In this document: positions 35,544 through 45,747 of the stretch, in pieces
How positions within the stretch are numbered: the first letter of the stretch is position 1
How the letters are laid out: each line of letters begins with the position of its first letter
Source: Patescibacteria group bacterium
GTDB lineage: Bacteria; Patescibacteriota; Patescibacteriia; GWA2-46-9
DNA: 64,000 nt
Direction of reading: 5' to 3'
NCBI GenBank assembly: GCA_041660005.1
Contig: JBAZXG010000004.1
Span: 69,720 to 133,719 of the forward strand
Translations under genes and position numbers: made by a program
The notes under the pieces: model-generated
Told to the model about the DNA's origin: nothing
The model's database searches: none
What the model saw: only the letters and a program-made list of their open reading frames with translations

Positions 35544-36329
35544 CTAGTGTTTAGCTTGCGCTCTCGGCGACCAAGGCAAAAAAGTATTGGTTACCATTTT
35601 GTACTCCTGATACTCTGCGTTATCACGATAGCGTTCTTCAACGAGCGGCACACCCGACACTTTTAAAATAAGAACGGTCAGCAGTGCCGGTCCAACCAAT
35701 GCTATCCAACCATAAGGAAAAGCCAGTGCCATGATACCAATCCCCCACCATGAGACGACTTCGCCAAAATAATTCGGATGACGCGTGTAGTGCCACAGTC
35801 CTGTGGTCATGACCCTGTTGCGATGTTCTGGCACAACTAAAAAATGCCGAAGTTGAATATCGGCTACCGTCTCAAAAATAAGACCGGCGGTCCAAACTAA
35901 CGCACCAATGATCGCCACGATACTAATAGCGCCCACTGGGTCTGCGGTAATAATAGCAACGGGCAAGGCAACGATGAGTAATATTAATCCTTGCAGCATA
36001 AACACCTGCGCCCAGGCGCGAACGGTAGCGTACCGTCCCCAAGCGATGCGCCAACGTTGATAGCGCCCATCTTCTTGAGTTCTGAGCATGCGAGCAAAGA
36101 GGTAAAAACTCAACCGGAGCGACCACAAAGCCACCATTGATGCCACAAGAATGCCTGCCGGGTGGAAACCAACAACAATAAAGCCAGCCATGGCCACAAC
36201 AAGAAACCCCGGTCCCCAGGCAACGTCAGCAATATCGTTGCGTTTAAAAATAATCGCCAGCGCAAACGCAGCGTGCATATAGAGAAAGAGAGCAAACGCT
36301 GCCAAAAATACCGTTATTAGTACATTCAT
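35544..36329 (-). CDS. DUF1295/steroid-5-alpha-reductase-like membrane protein
   Basis: 261 aa polytopic; C-terminal motif HPNYFGE...W typical of this family. Confidence 0.6.
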   Translation of the reverse strand: MNVLITVFLAAFALFLYMHAAFALAIIFKRNDIADVAWGPGFLVVAMAGFIVVGFHPAGILVASMVALWSLRLSFYLFARMLRTQEDGRYQRWRIAWGRYATVRAWAQVFMLQGLILLIVALPVAIITADPVGAISIVAIIGALVWTAGLIFETVADIQLRHFLVVPEHRNRVMTTGLWHYTRHPNYFGEVVSWWGIGIMALAFPYGWIALVGPALLTVLILKVSGVPLVEERYRDNAEYQEYKMVTNTFLPWSPRAQAKH

Positions 36330-36392
36330 AGAAGTATTACTTGAAACTGCAATAATTGTAGCACGTTTGTTTCGACTAAAAAATTGCCGTAG

Positions 36393-36935
36393 GTGTCGTT
36401 TACCTCTATGATGAGCCTACCTATTATGCAAATTCCCAAACGACGCGCCGAAGAAGAGGCGCGACAAAAAAAAGTTGTCGATCATCACTTAACCCCCGCG
36501 GCACTCGAACGCCTCAAAAAGGAGTTAAACGACTTGGAAAAGCGCGCCATCCCCGAAGGTGCGGCGGAACTCCATCGCACAGCCGAAATGGGTGACCTGT
36601 CGGAAAACGCCGCCTACCAGCACGCCAAGGACACTTTGCGGCGCTTACACAATCGCGTCCTCTCGCTGCGCTATCGCATCAACAACGCCGTTATTATTCA
36701 GCACGGTACGGACTCAATCGGACGCGTGAGCATCGGCACAACGGTTACAATTGAAATAAACGGTAAAGAAAAAACATTCGAAATTGTTGGCTCGTCAGAA
36801 ACACGGCCAGAGAAAGGAAGAATCTCTTACCTCTCCCCTTTGGGTGCCGCTTTACTCGGTCACATAGCCGGAGAGAGCGTTGTCGTAGAAACGCCGGACA
36901 GACAAGTTACCTATAAAATTATTGCTATCAACTAG
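36393..36935 (+). CDS. greA: transcription elongation factor GreA
   Basis: N-terminal coiled coil (LTPAALERLKKELNDLE...), C-terminal FKBP-like domain; true start may be an internal Met. Confidence 0.8.
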   Translation: MSFTSMMSLPIMQIPKRRAEEEARQKKVVDHHLTPAALERLKKELNDLEKRAIPEGAAELHRTAEMGDLSENAAYQHAKDTLRRLHNRVLSLRYRINNAVIIQHGTDSIGRVSIGTTVTIEINGKEKTFEIVGSSETRPEKGRISYLSPLGAALLGHIAGESVVVETPDRQVTYKIIAIN

Positions 36936-36947
36936 ATACTGCCACCG

Positions 36948-38315
36948 CTATTTAAACCAAACGTTTTTTATATTTACGAACTCTCGAATACCATAGGAAG
37001 AAAGCTCTCGCCCGTAGCCAGATTTTTTTATGCCACCAAAAGGCGCGCGCGGATCTGACTTTACCTGCCCGTTCACAAAAACATTCCCCGCCTCAATCAG
37101 TGGCACTAAACGTTTTGCGCGGTCGTAATCTTCAGTAAAGAGCGACGCTCCGAGTCCATACGGCGTGTCATTGGCAACCGCTATTGCCTCCTCTTCATTT
37201 GCAATAACAATAATCGGCGCCACCGGACCAAACACCTCTTCGTCGTAGAGCGGCATACCTTTTTTTACCTTGACGACAACGCCCGGCTCAAAAAAATATC
37301 CACTTCCTGACTTTCGTTTAGCACCACATAAAATTTCAGCGCCTAACGCCATCGACTCTTTTACCTGACGATCGACGTCATCCAAAATTTGTTCGGTGGC
37401 AAGTGGCCCAACCTGTGTCGTTGCATCAGCTGGGTTCCCCACGACGAGCGCCTTGAACTTCTCTACAAGACCCCGAGTAAAGGCCTCAGCAATTTTTTCG
37501 TGCACAATGAAGCGCTTGGCAGCAATGCAACTCTGGCCCACGTTATTTTGTAAACGTGCCGCAGCTGCTGTCTCGACTGCGAGAAGAAGATTCGCGTCCT
37601 CAAGCACAATAAAAGGGTCGCTTCCGCCAAGTTCAAGAACTGTTTTCTTTATTTCTTCACCCGCCACGCGTGCGACTGCGCTCCCCGCTTTTTCGCTGCC
37701 CGTCAGCGTAACCGCTTTAACACGTGGGTCACGGATAAGCGCTTCTACCCGGCTGGATGAAATAAGTAAATTTTGAAAAACGCCGTTTGGAAAACCGCAC
37801 TCGGTAAACGCCGCAGCAATAGCTTCAGCGCACTGTGGAACGTTCGAGGCATGTTTGAGTAGACCAACATTACCCGCCATAATTGCCGGCGCTGCAAAAC
37901 GGTACACCTGCCAAAATGGAAAATTCCACGGCATGACTGCGAGAACTGTGCCGAGCGGATCAAACGCTACATAGCTTTCGCTCGCAAGCACGGCTGTCGG
38001 TTCATGGGCCAGCAGCGTTTCAGCATTCTCGGCATAGTAACGGCAGACGCTCGCGCACTTCTCAACTTCTGAAGCACCTGCTGCTACCGTTTTACCCATC
38101 TCCTCAGACATCAACTTGCCAAATTTTGTGCTATTCGCAACCAAGTAATCCGCCATTTTGAGCATCAATGCTGTGCGTTCAACAAACGTTGTTTTCCTCC
38201 ACACAACAAAGGTATCATTGGCTAGGGAGAGCGCGCGTTCAAGAGCTACGTCATTCATTTCTTCAAAGGTTTTTGTCACTTCAAGATTAGCAGGATTTTT
38301 AGATTGAATTGCCAT
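36948..38315 (-). CDS. NAD(P)+-dependent aldehyde dehydrogenase (succinate-semialdehyde DH-like)
   Basis: 455 aa; catalytic Glu in ELGGSDP and Cys in GQSCIAAKR. Confidence 0.85.
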   Translation of the reverse strand: MAIQSKNPANLEVTKTFEEMNDVALERALSLANDTFVVWRKTTFVERTALMLKMADYLVANSTKFGKLMSEEMGKTVAAGASEVEKCASVCRYYAENAETLLAHEPTAVLASESYVAFDPLGTVLAVMPWNFPFWQVYRFAAPAIMAGNVGLLKHASNVPQCAEAIAAAFTECGFPNGVFQNLLISSSRVEALIRDPRVKAVTLTGSEKAGSAVARVAGEEIKKTVLELGGSDPFIVLEDANLLLAVETAAAARLQNNVGQSCIAAKRFIVHEKIAEAFTRGLVEKFKALVVGNPADATTQVGPLATEQILDDVDRQVKESMALGAEILCGAKRKSGSGYFFEPGVVVKVKKGMPLYDEEVFGPVAPIIVIANEEEAIAVANDTPYGLGASLFTEDYDRAKRLVPLIEAGNVFVNGQVKSDPRAPFGGIKKSGYGRELSSYGIREFVNIKNVWFK

Positions 38316-38321
38316 AGATAC

Positions 38322-40019
38322 TTATGCAGGAGGACTAAAATGAGCTGTTTTGTTTCGTAGTGTCTGACCGAACGCCTTCATGTTTTCGCTATAGTCAATC
38401 GGACAATCAATAATTTGTATGCCTCCCTGCTCAATTGCCCGCTCAATGGCGGGTTTGAGGTCACTCGCCCTTTCAACTCTCGTGCCTATTGCTCCAAATG
38501 ATTCAGCAAGCTTAACAAAATCAGGATTGGCAAACGACAGACCAAAATCTTTTAGCTGCATCTCCTCTTGCTTCCAACGAATCATGCCATACCCTGAGTC
38601 GTTGATAATCAAAATCACGAGATCAAGATTCAAGCGCTTTGCCGTTTCAAGTTCGGCAACTCTCGTCATGAAGCCCCCATCTCCCGTCACCACTACAACC
38701 GGACGGTCAGGGTACAACAGTTTCGCAGCAATACCGCCAGGAAGCCCCGCACCCATAGTAGCGAGCGCGTTGTCCAGGAGCACGCTCGACTGTTCGTGCG
38801 CTGTATAATTTCGAGCAATCCAAATCTTGTACATGCCATTATCGAGGGAGAGTATGCCATTTTTTGGAACTGCGGCTCTGAGGTCATGCACCAATCGCTG
38901 TGGCTTAACAGGAAACGAATCATCATTAATTTTTTCAACACAGTCTTCTACCTCAGCCGCTCTCAGTTGCAAAAAAGGGGCGAAGTCCCAATGACCCTGA
39001 ACCTGAATCGCTTCAGTGATAGCCCAAAGCGAGTGCGATATGTCTCCTACTACTTCGCAGGTTGGAATATAAACGTCATCGATCACCGCCGGATAAAAAT
39101 TCAGGTGTAAAACTTTACAGTGTTCACCGGTTAACACAATGGGCGGTTTTTCTGTAATGTCATGACCGATAACCATCACGAGGTCCGCTCGCGACAAAGC
39201 AACGTGCATGTAGTCTCCGCTACTCAACGCCGCGGTGCCAAGATAAAGTTCGGACGACTCATCTTCAACCCCTTTGCCCATTTGTGTTGTGACAAAAGGA
39301 ATGCCGGTTTTTTGAATAAAGCTGCGTAGGTGCTTTCGAACGAGTTTGCGGTTTGCACCTGCGGCAATCAGAATAATCGGTTTCTGTGCCTTTTCTAGTT
39401 CTGCGACAGCCGTGCCAATGGCCTGCGGATCAGGACCGGGTCGACGAACTTTTTTTGCAGGAATGACCTCTGCCGTCGTTTCCTCAGCGGCAACATCTTC
39501 AGGTAGTTCAAGATGAACTGCCCCGGGTCGTTCAGCTTCGGCAACACGCACCGCTTCATACACTAAACTAGGAATCCGGTCGCCGCTCACAATTGTGGCA
39601 GAAAATTTAGTGATAGGTTCCATCATCCGCACCGTGTCAATAATTTGAAACCTTCCCTGCTTACTTTTGCGAATGGGTTTTTGACCCGTCACAACCAGAA
39701 GCGGCATTCCCCCAAGCTGAGCGTAGGCAACGCCGGTCGTGAGGTTCGTTGCTCCCGGGCCGAGGGTGGTAAGGGCAACACCAATCTTGCCGGTAAGCCG
39801 GCCAACAGTAGCAGCCATAAACGCAGCCGCTTGCTCGTCACGCGTTACCACAAAAGTAATTGATGACGAGCGAATGGCATCAAGAAGGTCCAACGTTTCT
39901 TCGCCTGGTATGCCGAAAATATAACGAACGCCCTCTTGCTCAAGGCATTGAACAAAAAGCTGTGCAGCAGTCATAGGATATCCAGTATAGCACCCCAGCG
40001 TCTTAACCTCGAAATTCAA
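38322..40019 (-). CDS. thiamine-diphosphate-dependent enzyme, acetolactate synthase large-subunit family
   Basis: 565 aa; N-terminal Pyr domain (GIPGEETLDLLDA), central FAD-like domain, C-terminal PP domain with GDGGF motif. Confidence 0.75.
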   Translation of the reverse strand: MNFEVKTLGCYTGYPMTAAQLFVQCLEQEGVRYIFGIPGEETLDLLDAIRSSSITFVVTRDEQAAAFMAATVGRLTGKIGVALTTLGPGATNLTTGVAYAQLGGMPLLVVTGQKPIRKSKQGRFQIIDTVRMMEPITKFSATIVSGDRIPSLVYEAVRVAEAERPGAVHLELPEDVAAEETTAEVIPAKKVRRPGPDPQAIGTAVAELEKAQKPIILIAAGANRKLVRKHLRSFIQKTGIPFVTTQMGKGVEDESSELYLGTAALSSGDYMHVALSRADLVMVIGHDITEKPPIVLTGEHCKVLHLNFYPAVIDDVYIPTCEVVGDISHSLWAITEAIQVQGHWDFAPFLQLRAAEVEDCVEKINDDSFPVKPQRLVHDLRAAVPKNGILSLDNGMYKIWIARNYTAHEQSSVLLDNALATMGAGLPGGIAAKLLYPDRPVVVVTGDGGFMTRVAELETAKRLNLDLVILIINDSGYGMIRWKQEEMQLKDFGLSFANPDFVKLAESFGAIGTRVERASDLKPAIERAIEQGGIQIIDCPIDYSENMKAFGQTLRNKTAHFSPPA

Positions 40020-40022
40020 CCG

Positions 40023-41534
40023 TTATCCCAAACTCTTCCTAATTTTACCGGTGGCAATAATTAACTTCTTCAGCTCCGCAGTGTCGTTTTTTAGCAGCAA
40101 AACATTACCGGAAATATTTTTATGTAACCACTCTTCCTTGGTTTTTGGTCCAAGCTCAATCCCAAAAATATTTTCCACATGCGCAATGCTCTTTTCAACC
40201 GCCTGCCAAGCTTTATTTTTTCTACACAAAATTTTGAGATTGTCTTTGTTTACATACTTTCCGGCCTCGGCTATATCCTTCTCTAAGTTAATATAGTGCC
40301 TGAAGACTAACTCCCGCTCTTTAATGCTCAACGCTTTTAGCGCCTGTCCCAAACCAATAAACTCTGGGGGTACGCCAAGAGAATAAAAAGCAGAGGTGAA
40401 GGAAATAGCGCGCGGCAAATAATTCCCGCCAATCTTTCGCTTGTAAGCCAAAAAACCGATGTGCAATTTTCTTTCTCGTCTTTTGGGAACGCTGTCAAAA
40501 AAAGGCACCATATCCTTAACAACACGAACCAATGTTGATTGGTAAACTTTTTCAAACTTCCCGATAACTGTTCTCAGGGTCTTCGTTTCTGTTTTGCTCA
40601 ATAGAACGGCCTCTGTTGAGGGAAGTTTCTCCTCTAAAACCCGAACGGTCTTTTTCACTTCGTCCAAGGGGTAATCATAACGGCAAGCTGATTGCATGGT
40701 TACGGTTCTCACACCTGCATATTCCTTAATGAAGTTATGTACGTTTTTTGGGTTGAAACCACCACGAAAAACTAAACTGCCAACGCCAATAATCGGATAC
40801 ATGGCGACACCTGTTTCGTTTTCAAAATGTTTTAATTCTGACAACGCAATTTTGTTAGCCAGCACGTTAGCCACAAGGCCAGACAACATAGCAGGGTCAC
40901 TTCTCGCCAAAAAAACTCTTAGGTACTCTGGCTTTCTTTTAAACCGCTTCTTGTACAGGGCAAAATAATCGTCGAGTAACTTGCGGATGTTCGCCTGAAA
41001 TTTTACATCTTCCACCAGCGGAATGATTTCCAAGTAGTCGGAGTTCACATTTTTTTGATGTTCAAACTCTCGCGACTTAAAACGTGCCAACTTGGTGAAG
41101 CAGTCTTGAATATAAACTAACTGCTCAGCTTTTTCGGTCATGGGCAAAATTACTTCAAACAAGGGTCTCGAACGAAATTTTAAATCTTTGGCAAAATCTT
41201 CGCTCGTTAAAATGACGAGCAGTGCGCGGAGTAAACTATACCCTTTTTCCAGCCAAATATTCGGTAAACGAAACGTCAAAAATTTTTCCTTACCCAATTG
41301 GTTGTCTTTGAAAAATTTGTAATGCTCAGAAAACAATTTATCAATCACCGCTTCGTCAGCGTATTTGCCTTCCCAGTCCCACATAAATTCATCAACGCCC
41401 AAGTCCTGATAACAGGACATGGCTTCGCGCAGTTCTTCAGAAATGCTCACAAACCCATCGCCATCACTCTCCCAGTAAGGAGCGCTGGCATTATCGGGGT
41501 GTTGCGTCGCTAAAATCGAAGAAATTTTTCTCAT
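40023..41534 (-). CDS. phosphoenolpyruvate carboxylase, archaeal type (PepcA)
   Basis: 503 aa (archaeal-type size); N-terminal ...ILATQHPDN... matches the PepcA signature. Confidence 0.75.
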   Translation of the reverse strand: MRKISSILATQHPDNASAPYWESDGDGFVSISEELREAMSCYQDLGVDEFMWDWEGKYADEAVIDKLFSEHYKFFKDNQLGKEKFLTFRLPNIWLEKGYSLLRALLVILTSEDFAKDLKFRSRPLFEVILPMTEKAEQLVYIQDCFTKLARFKSREFEHQKNVNSDYLEIIPLVEDVKFQANIRKLLDDYFALYKKRFKRKPEYLRVFLARSDPAMLSGLVANVLANKIALSELKHFENETGVAMYPIIGVGSLVFRGGFNPKNVHNFIKEYAGVRTVTMQSACRYDYPLDEVKKTVRVLEEKLPSTEAVLLSKTETKTLRTVIGKFEKVYQSTLVRVVKDMVPFFDSVPKRRERKLHIGFLAYKRKIGGNYLPRAISFTSAFYSLGVPPEFIGLGQALKALSIKERELVFRHYINLEKDIAEAGKYVNKDNLKILCRKNKAWQAVEKSIAHVENIFGIELGPKTKEEWLHKNISGNVLLLKNDTAELKKLIIATGKIRKSLG

Positions 41535-41536
41535 AC

Positions 41537-42769
41537 CTATGCACGCTTTTTTAGGTACGCCTCCAACCCTTTTGCTAAAACGACGATAGCTTCTTTGAGG
41601 GCGCTCGTTTTTAAGACATAGGCAATTCTAATCTCCTGCTTACCTAAACCTTTGGTAATATAAAAATCTTCCATTGGCGTAACCAAAACCGTTTGACCTT
41701 TATATCTGAATTTCGTAATCAAAAAATGAACAAAATCTTCGCTACTTTTTATTGGCAACTTTATCACTTGGTAAAAGGCCCCTGCGGGTTTCGAGTACTG
41801 CACCCCCGGCACGTTCCGCAAGACACGACCAACAACCAAGGAACGCTGAGCGTACTCTTTTTTTATTTTCTTGATATACCCTTTTGACGCCCCAAGCATT
41901 CTCGTCGTACTTATTTGCCCAAGCGTGGAAGCTGACAACCTGATCATGGCTATTTTTAGAATCGCAGACATTATTTCTTCGTTGTAACTTATAACGGCTC
42001 CGATTCTGATGCCGGGCGCCGAAAAACGTTTCGATAAACTATCAACCACGACCGTGTTTTGACGGGCTGATGTATAGGTTAAAATCGTTTCCGCCTTACC
42101 TTTAAAGACAATGCCGCGATAGGTCTCGTCCGCAATAATGAATAAGTTCTTTTTACGGGCAATTGCTATGAGCGAGCGACCTTCTTTGTCGCTCCAAACT
42201 TTACCGGTTGGGTTGTCGGGGTTAATAAGAATGATCGCTTTTGTCTTAGCGGTAATTTGTTTTACCACTTCACCGACTGATGGCAGTAGAAAATTGTTTT
42301 CAATTTTCATGGTTACCGGCTTCAAGGTAATGTTGCAAAGCGCGGCAAAACCTTTGTAGCTCGTATACAGGGGTTCAAACACGATCACCTCGTCCCCCGG
42401 GTCGGTTACGGCCATGAGCGCCATCAAGATACCTTCGGCGGCGCCTTGGGTGGGCACAATGTTTGCTGGCCTGACCTTGATGCCTAATTCCTTGTAATAT
42501 TTAATCCACGCCTCAATGTGCGACTTAATACCCGGCGACGGTGCATAGGGCATGTTCGGACTTTTATATTTTCCAATATCCTCTCGAAGCATCTTCGGCA
42601 TCTCAATATCCGGATCCCCGACATTTAGCTCAAAAACTTTCACGCCATCGTTTTTGGCCTTAATAACGAAGGGTAAAAACTTTCTGATGGGTGAAGCAAT
42701 TAACTGCTGCGACCTTTTAGAGACTAGTAATTTTTTCATAGCAAAGAGTACAAAGATTATACTACGCAC
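41537..42769 (-). CDS. PLP-dependent aminotransferase, class I/II (aspartate/aromatic family)
   Basis: 410 aa; fold-type I pattern; Lys region SLSKRFSAPGIRIGA. Confidence 0.8.
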   Translation of the reverse strand: MRSIIFVLFAMKKLLVSKRSQQLIASPIRKFLPFVIKAKNDGVKVFELNVGDPDIEMPKMLREDIGKYKSPNMPYAPSPGIKSHIEAWIKYYKELGIKVRPANIVPTQGAAEGILMALMAVTDPGDEVIVFEPLYTSYKGFAALCNITLKPVTMKIENNFLLPSVGEVVKQITAKTKAIILINPDNPTGKVWSDKEGRSLIAIARKKNLFIIADETYRGIVFKGKAETILTYTSARQNTVVVDSLSKRFSAPGIRIGAVISYNEEIMSAILKIAMIRLSASTLGQISTTRMLGASKGYIKKIKKEYAQRSLVVGRVLRNVPGVQYSKPAGAFYQVIKLPIKSSEDFVHFLITKFRYKGQTVLVTPMEDFYITKGLGKQEIRIAYVLKTSALKEAIVVLAKGLEAYLKKRA

Positions 42770-42808
42770 CCGCTAGACGGGCAACGAGACCGTAGAAAAT
42801 GCTAGGGA

Positions 42809-43432
42809 CTACTCTGACCAACTCCTATACTGCTGTTTCAACATGCGCAGTTGTTGCGTACTGAGGTTACGGTAGACAGCTAACCAGTCACGAGCAATTT
42901 GTCTCTGCGCCGCCCCCAGTCCCACGCGGCCGGCGCACACCTCTTGGTGTAAAAAATTTTCAACGAGGTCCTTTTCGTGATACCCCGGCTTTGGATCGGC
43001 CGCCTCAGGAAAAAGATTAGCAACATCATTGCTGCCCCCAAGCTCAAGCGGAATAAGGTGATCAGCTTCATAGGCGCCAAACGTCTGTGGATACGCTAAG
43101 CCATACGCTTGATAGATTGCCTCTTTGGTTAGTGTTGAAACATTGCGAACTGACGCGCTATACCCTTGCACGCAAATTTCATCCTTACTGGCATTAGAAA
43201 AAATAGCGCCCGGAGTACAGTCGTGATCCGGCAGGCCGTCATGTGCTTGGCATTGACTCGTCTTTTGCGGCAGATCGAAAACAACACGTTGATTGTCGCT
43301 GCTGGAAAGAAGCGCTGCAAGGCGCTGACCTTTTGTTATGGTCGAGCCATGCAAAGCTAAGTAAAAAAGAACAACTGCCAGAGCAATAAATGCGAGCGGT
43401 AAAATAATTTTGTACTTCGGCAGGGCCGCCAT
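42809..43432 (-). CDS. membrane-anchored extracytoplasmic HNH-family nuclease
   Basis: 207 aa; N-terminal TM; HNH core EADHLIPLELGGSNDVANLFPE; periplasmic Cys pairs. Confidence 0.5.
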   Translation of the reverse strand: MAALPKYKIILPLAFIALAVVLFYLALHGSTITKGQRLAALLSSSDNQRVVFDLPQKTSQCQAHDGLPDHDCTPGAIFSNASKDEICVQGYSASVRNVSTLTKEAIYQAYGLAYPQTFGAYEADHLIPLELGGSNDVANLFPEAADPKPGYHEKDLVENFLHQEVCAGRVGLGAAQRQIARDWLAVYRNLSTQQLRMLKQQYRSWSE

Positions 43433-43492
43433 ATATTTCTTCTGCTAGAGCCGTACAACGCCTGTCGCTCCCCTTTCAAACACAGCAATGAC

Positions 43493-44911
43493 TTACCAAC
43501 CGAAAAGTTTTCCAATTTCTTCCGGCGTTTCACGACGACGCGCCAGCGTAATAGCGCCATCCTGCGCAACTATCTTTGCGGGTGAGGAAAGCAAACAGTG
43601 ATGCGAAGCCAACGCATCTTGGTAGGCGCCAGTATCAAAAATGGCAATGTACTGATGTTCCTCTTCGCCAAGATCGTCAAGGTCCGGCAATCGAATGTAG
43701 GTACCGGAGGCAGTGTATTTGTCGTCAGAATCGCAAGAACTACCCGTCAACCAAACGGGCAATAATTTTCTCGCATTCATACGGTTGACTGGTACGACGT
43801 GCCATTTCTGGTGAATCGCCCAGGTGTCCAGGAGGTCGTTCATAAAACTGCCGTCAATGACGTACCATAACTTTTTGGATCCGCCGCCAACGGGCTTTGA
43901 ATGGATGATACGGAAAATAGAAATTTGCGCTGGAGCAGCTGCATAACGACCCCACTCAACAATCAGATGTGGGCTTGGCACGCCGGCCTTGGCGGTCATT
44001 TTACCAATTGTTTTGACGAGACTGTTGGCAATGGTATCAACGGTGTACAGTTTCTTTTTTCCATAAGGAACAGCGAAACCACCGCCAAGATCAAGCGTGT
44101 CAAGTGTCGGATTTGTTTTACGAAGCTGAATATAGAGCGCCGTAAGACGTTGAGCTGCTCGAACAATGTCTTTGCCGTCTTCAATTTGTGATCCGAGGTG
44201 GTAGTGAAGAATTTTTAGATTTCTAATCCGCCCCAGTTTCAAAATCTCTTCTGGCGGAGAGCCAAATTGATCAAAACGCTTATCCCAGTGCGACCGAACT
44301 TTTATATCAATGTTAGCGCGAATGCCCACGTCCCCCTTAAATCCTTTGAGCCGTTGAATTTCACCAAGGTCTTCGATAATCGGAATAATAGTGAGGCCCA
44401 TGTTACGAAGCTCAGAGATGAGGTCAATGTACTTTGGTATCTTCGGACCATTGCAGAGCACTTTGATGTTGGCGTTGAAGTGGTTCTGACCCCATAACTT
44501 TTTCAATAGCCAAAGTTCGTTGTACGAGGTAACCTCGAGATTCGCACCCTCGGAAAGAATTGGAATGATGAACTCTTTATTCTGGTTCACCTTCATGGGG
44601 TAATGGTACGAAATGCGACCGCGATACTTGGCACGCACCATGGCGGTCTTAAACGCCGCAAATAAATCCTCGACTTTTTGCTCGAGAATGTGAGGAAAAA
44701 CGATTTCTAAAGGCGACCCGTATTTTTTAACTAAATCAAAAATGTTGTACTGGTAATTTCCTTCCTTCACAATCAAATTACCATCGCGGCTCACGTCAAA
44801 CCACTGCGTATTCAGTTCTGTCCGGCCTAATTTCCAAAACTTGCGTACCGAGTTTGTCGCCATAGTGTTGCAACCGCTACTTGAGGCGACCGTGACTAAC
44901 CTCCGAACCAA
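43493..44911 (-). CDS. speA: biosynthetic arginine decarboxylase-like (Orn/DAP/Arg decarboxylase family, PLP fold III)
   Basis: PLP-Lys motif YPMKVNQ matches E. coli SpeA YPIKVNQ; 472 aa; start codon uncertain (TTG 44911 or ATG 44863). Confidence 0.65.
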   Translation of the reverse strand: MVRRLVTVASSSGCNTMATNSVRKFWKLGRTELNTQWFDVSRDGNLIVKEGNYQYNIFDLVKKYGSPLEIVFPHILEQKVEDLFAAFKTAMVRAKYRGRISYHYPMKVNQNKEFIIPILSEGANLEVTSYNELWLLKKLWGQNHFNANIKVLCNGPKIPKYIDLISELRNMGLTIIPIIEDLGEIQRLKGFKGDVGIRANIDIKVRSHWDKRFDQFGSPPEEILKLGRIRNLKILHYHLGSQIEDGKDIVRAAQRLTALYIQLRKTNPTLDTLDLGGGFAVPYGKKKLYTVDTIANSLVKTIGKMTAKAGVPSPHLIVEWGRYAAAPAQISIFRIIHSKPVGGGSKKLWYVIDGSFMNDLLDTWAIHQKWHVVPVNRMNARKLLPVWLTGSSCDSDDKYTASGTYIRLPDLDDLGEEEHQYIAIFDTGAYQDALASHHCLLSSPAKIVAQDGAITLARRRETPEEIGKLFGW

Positions 44912-45123
44912 TGATTACTCTCACCCGCTGAACGCTGAGCGACTGTTTCACTAGACAAGCTTTGTTCTGTTTCATTTCGTAGAATTGATTATGCAAAACG
45001 ATGCAATCGTAGCATGGGCGCTTCAGCACCGCAAGAGTTTCGCTGTGTAAAAAGGTACCCTTATGCTTCGCATCCTTTTATCGAACGAGACATCGACTAT
45101 TTTAGACATAAATTTAGACACAA

Positions 45124-45153
45124 AAGGCAGGAAGGGGCGGCACCGTTAGATTG
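45124..45153 (-). terminator. GC hairpin terminator (11-bp stem GGGGCGGCACC / GGTGCCGCCCC)
   Basis: perfect 11-bp stem with 8-nt loop directly downstream of the island-2 ORF; U-rich stretch follows on the minus strand. Confidence 0.55.
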
Positions 45154-45192
45154 GTGCCGCCCCTTCAGGGTTGTTGTAGTGCTTGCTGAGTA

Positions 45193-45747
45193 CTAGTCCG
45201 CAACCAGCAAATAGGCAAGGTCATCGTTCGATGGATCGTCCGGGTCAGGTGCCCGCCGGAGCTCAACTATGAGCTGCCCTCCTGATTGAGGACGAACGCA
45301 CAGGACGACCCCCTCGACGCTCAGTGGACGTTCTGGCAGCGCCGAGAGTCCGAACTCACCAAGCTCCATGAGATGCCACCGCTGGTAGGTAAAGACGGGT
45401 GGGTATCGCCGCACGAAGGCGAACAGATCTGCCGCGTTGGCGCTCCGCAGTCCGCAACGAGCAAGCGTAAGATTGTCGCAAGGCGCTCCTCGTCCACGGC
45501 TGTCGACGAATGCACGAATCGTCCGCACGGTTCCATCCTTTCGTCCTAGTTCGCCGAGGGACGAAAAACCTGCCATCCTCAGGTTTACCGGCAGAAGACA
45601 GCGAACCCCTCGCCTGATCGGCTCACCGTCAATGAAGCCGCCCTCGTTGCCGATAAGCTGCTCGATCGTCAGTCGCCCGTCGACGACGATCTCCTGCCCG
45701 CGCCCGAAATACCGCCACCGCCAAAAACGTTGCCTCAAAGTCGCCAT
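45193..45747 (-). CDS. hypothetical protein (high-GC island 2 ORF)
   Basis: 184 aa; ~62% GC; SD GGAGGG 4 nt before ATG; no recognisable domain. Confidence 0.55.
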   Translation of the reverse strand: MATLRQRFWRWRYFGRGQEIVVDGRLTIEQLIGNEGGFIDGEPIRRGVRCLLPVNLRMAGFSSLGELGRKDGTVRTIRAFVDSRGRGAPCDNLTLARCGLRSANAADLFAFVRRYPPVFTYQRWHLMELGEFGLSALPERPLSVEGVVLCVRPQSGGQLIVELRRAPDPDDPSNDDLAYLLVAD

